A stretch of DNA of 55,215 nt, the filler included, from Squatina squatina (taxonomy: Eukaryota), in NCBI GenBank assembly GCA_031763465.1. It is 2 parts of 2 records of this genome, joined end to end, with 100 filler letters (N's around TTAATTAATTAA, not from the genome) between each part and the next. Parts side by side here need not be neighbours in the genome. Positions count along the whole stretch, not along the records: positions 25,226 to 55,215 come from JARFOE010000046.1; 1 more part is not named here. One strand, given 5' to 3'. The notes under the pieces were generated by a model that was not told the DNA's origin, did no database searches, and worked only from the letters and a program-made list of their open reading frames with translations. Of the stretch, positions 52,227-55,215 are shown piece by piece. A program made the position numbers and the translations under genes. Position 1 is the stretch's first letter. Every line of letters starts with the position of its first letter.

Positions 52227-52245
52227 GACACAGCAGATGGCTCTT
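52227..52245 (+). promoter_or_regulatory. CTCF-like motif
   Basis: GACACAGCAGATGGCTCTT resembles the CTCF core CCASYAGRKGGC with one core mismatch. Confidence 0.4.
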
Positions 52246-52500
52246 GCAGTTGTCTACAATAGATTACGTTGTTTGAAAGTCCAGTTTAATTTAGAAAATG
52301 GCAGTAGTTATGTGGTGACAGCTGGTCCCTTAGATGACTAGTTCAATTTTCATAAATTTTCTAAGTATATTCTCAGCAGCTTTACAGAAATAATAAACCA
52401 TGTTTTCAGGTTACGAGCTCCTGCTTTACTATTATATTTTAAAAAGTGATTTTGTGCTCATCAAGGTGGGGAATCTTGGCATCTTATGGAATGCAACAAT

Positions 52501-52617
52501 GGCCCTGAATTTGCAATCGGAGGCTTCCTGCATGTGGATGCATCCAATCGCAAAAATGTGTATGAACTTACCTGACAGTCATGGATCCACGTGAGTTTGC
52601 AATGTTATGGGGGGGCG
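52501..52617. mobile_element. MITE-like left end
   Basis: Starts GGCCCTGAATTTGC, the same terminal style as other elements in the window; truncated by a gap. Confidence 0.4.
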
Positions 52618-52717
52618 NNNNNNNNNNNNNNNNNNNNNNNNNNNNNNNNNNNNNNNNNNNNNNNNNNNNNNNNNNNNNNNNNNNNNNNNNNNNNNNNNNN
52701 NNNNNNNNNNNNNNNNN

Positions 52718-53318
52718 GGAGAGCACATTAATCGCATTCTGAGAACATTAAACACACTGTGAGAGCACATTAAACAAACTGTTAGCAGAATTAACACACT
52801 GTGAACTCATTTAGCACACTGCGAGAGCATTCTAAACAAACTGTGACCAATCTAAACACATTGGGAGCAAATTAACCACATGGAGAGCACATTAAACACA
52901 CTGAGAGCTCAGAAAAGACATGGAGATCACAATAAACACACATTAAGAGCATATTAAACACATGAAGAGAATATGAATCATACTGTGAACACATTAAACT
53001 CAATGTCTGAGCCCGTTAAACATTCTGTGATCGGACTGAACACATTGAGAACACAGTAAATATATTACCCCACAGTAAACAAACTGTGAACACATTAAAC
53101 ACACTGTGAGCAAAGTAAACACACTGTGAGAGGACGTTAAACACATTGTGAGCACAATAAACGCATTGTGAGCATATTAGACGCACAGTGAGCACATTAC
53201 ACACACTGTGAGCACACAGTAAACACACTTTGAGCACATTAAACACAATGTGAGAGAACAGTAAACAAACAATGAGCAGCTTAGACACATTGTGAGCAAA
53301 TGGCACACACCGTGAGCT
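52718..53318. repeat. Degenerate minisatellite, 20-22 bp unit (GT)GA(GA)GCACATTAAACACACT
   Basis: Roughly 25-30 diverged tandem copies are visible, e.g. ACATTAAACACACTGTGAGAGCACATTAAACAAACTGT. The array starts at a gap, so it is probably longer. Confidence 0.92.
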
Positions 53319-55215
53319 AAATCAGAGCCAATTACATTGCAAGACACTTTAATTATCCATTCCCTTCAAGTGGAGAAGTCTATAAAACTCAGCGCAGTCA
53401 CTTTCTTAAAGAACTCAGTGAAATCTATTACACACTGAGCAGTTAGACATCTCACTTGAAGATTCCCTGAGGACAAATTCACTGTTATCTGAAATTCTAC
53501 TGAAGTAAACAGGAGGGAAATCCGTATGCAGAAACAGACGCTCTTTACTGGAAGTAGCTCTTGTCAGGTCAGTGTTAGGTAGGGAGCTTAGTAACATACA
53601 CTGAGGGTGCCTTTTACACTCTCAGCTAATATGGTTTACAACCTGTATCCATTTTAATTTGTGCATGTGTCTGTGTATTTGAGCCCTGGTGTCTCTTACC
53701 CATAAGTATGAATGAGTATCTCCAATTTGCATCCATAAATACTCATGTAAAATTGCTAATGTAAAAGTCAGGAACATTTTGGGCTTACACAATTCATTCA
53801 ACCTGCAATATCTGCAGACAGAATGAGTTCCACACAGCTGACATAAAAATTCAGTTATATGGCTCTACTGAGCTGTTTATAGTAAGCAATGACCCCAAAC
53901 TGGCATACTAAATAGGACTAGGACAGGCATGATTGATCTATCTAACAGACCACATTTTATAAAGTCTCCCAGTGTAAATGAGAAGCTNNNNNNNNNNNNN
54001 NNNNNNNNNNNNNNNNNNNNNNNNNNNNNNNNNNNNNNNNNNNNNNNNNNNNNNNNNNNNNNNNNNNNNNNNNNNNNNNNNNNNNNNTATTTCAACCATC
54101 TAAAGTATGTGCTATTTGTCGTCGCAGAGGTATCTGCTCTTATGCCAACAGCCCCATCCTCCCATAGCAGCATGATGGAGGAGACTGGAGAAAGCGCACA
54201 CACCAAACGTGGTGGGGGGAGAAGGGGGAGGTTAATTCTCACAGAGAAATCATCTTGCACAACATAATGTGAAGCAGAACAGTGCCTTCCTTTTTGTTTC
54301 ACCCCAGAGACTCTCAGAAAAAAATTAAAACCAGGCACAGTTACAAGCCGCCCCAAAGACACTTGAATTTCCTCCCGTTGCAAACAAACTAGAACCTCCT
54401 GAAGGGCCTCCTTAAAAGCTGAGAGTTGTTAGGCAGCAGCCTAAATTTAGAGCGACTCAATGGCAGCAAGAAGTTCTGAAGTTATCCTATGTATCTCCGC
54501 TTTAAGGCTTTGATTCTCACAGACAGCTGTTGCTTCTCAGCCATATACCGTCCACTATTTTAACTTGATTATAACCTCACTAATTCAGAACAGAGAACAA
54601 ATCTTTAAGCCTTTGTCCTGGCAACGAAAAGGCACACAAACTGAAAAAAGGCAGACTGACAAAAGTGGTTCACAAGGAGCCGGATATATAAAGTAACAGA
54701 ATTTGTTTGTACCTTACCTTTCAGTCTTTTAATCTGACAGGAGGCAGCCTGGGTGTGTCAAGAATATCTAACAGTGAAGTGTGTTACCAACAACAGCATG
54801 TGGGCTGGACTGGGCTGGGCTGGGCTGGCAGGCGGACTCAGGATTTTCCAACAGTACATCCCCAGCCAAGTGCAACCGCAGGCCTGAAGAATTTCCTGAA
54901 TCCTGTGTATATCACAAGCAACTGCCGAGTGAGAAATCATTCCATGACTAAATTCTGCTCAAGCCTGGCAGTTTGATTTACATCGCTTTGGTCGAGTTCC
55001 AAGAGGGCAGCACAAATGAAGACATCCAGAGTTGATTAGAACCCTCTTTTACTCCGCGCAGAATTATTCTTTTTGAAAAAAATGAACTAGAAAATAAAAT
55101 CCTTCATATCATTCAAACTCATAAAGGTCAGCTTTCTTACAACTTTGTTTTAAATAATTCAAGTCTCCTTGCTCTCATGGGGTGGGTGCGGGGGAGGTTA
55201 GTAAACACGAGTAAA

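Noticed and set aside
52718-53318. CRISPR-like array or repeat protein (96-aa ORF)
   Set aside because: The units are directly tandem with no unique spacers, the context is vertebrate, and the ORF is a by-product of the repeat.

Overview
Eukaryotic, AT-rich genomic DNA, most likely from a cartilaginous fish (shark/ray). The evidence is DeuSINE (SacSINE1-like) copies, HER1/HE1-type CR1 tails and shark-type L2, RTE and Penelope fragments. The assembly is heavily fragmented: 100-N gaps occur roughly every 1-3 kb, mostly beside repeats, and one gap contains an artificial TTAATTAATTAA spacer. The window is mostly non-coding and strewn with decayed retroelements and MITE-like DNA transposons. Two protein-related signals stand out. 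One is a single, apparently isolated minus-strand exon resembling a mid-protein exon of centriolin (CNTRL), 13170-13314, with its own ATG and an intact donor. The other is a three-exon, frameshifted Myb/SANT-like gene of PIF/Harbinger-transposon type (41048 to >42859). Also present: a Penelope-derived palindrome with decayed hammerhead-ribozyme cores, a promoter-like motif cluster (YY1/RFX/GC-box), a divergent pair of CTCF-like motifs, a 20-22 bp minisatellite and candidate non-coding spliced exons. All family assignments are from memory of consensus motifs, not from database searches, and repeat boundaries are approximate.
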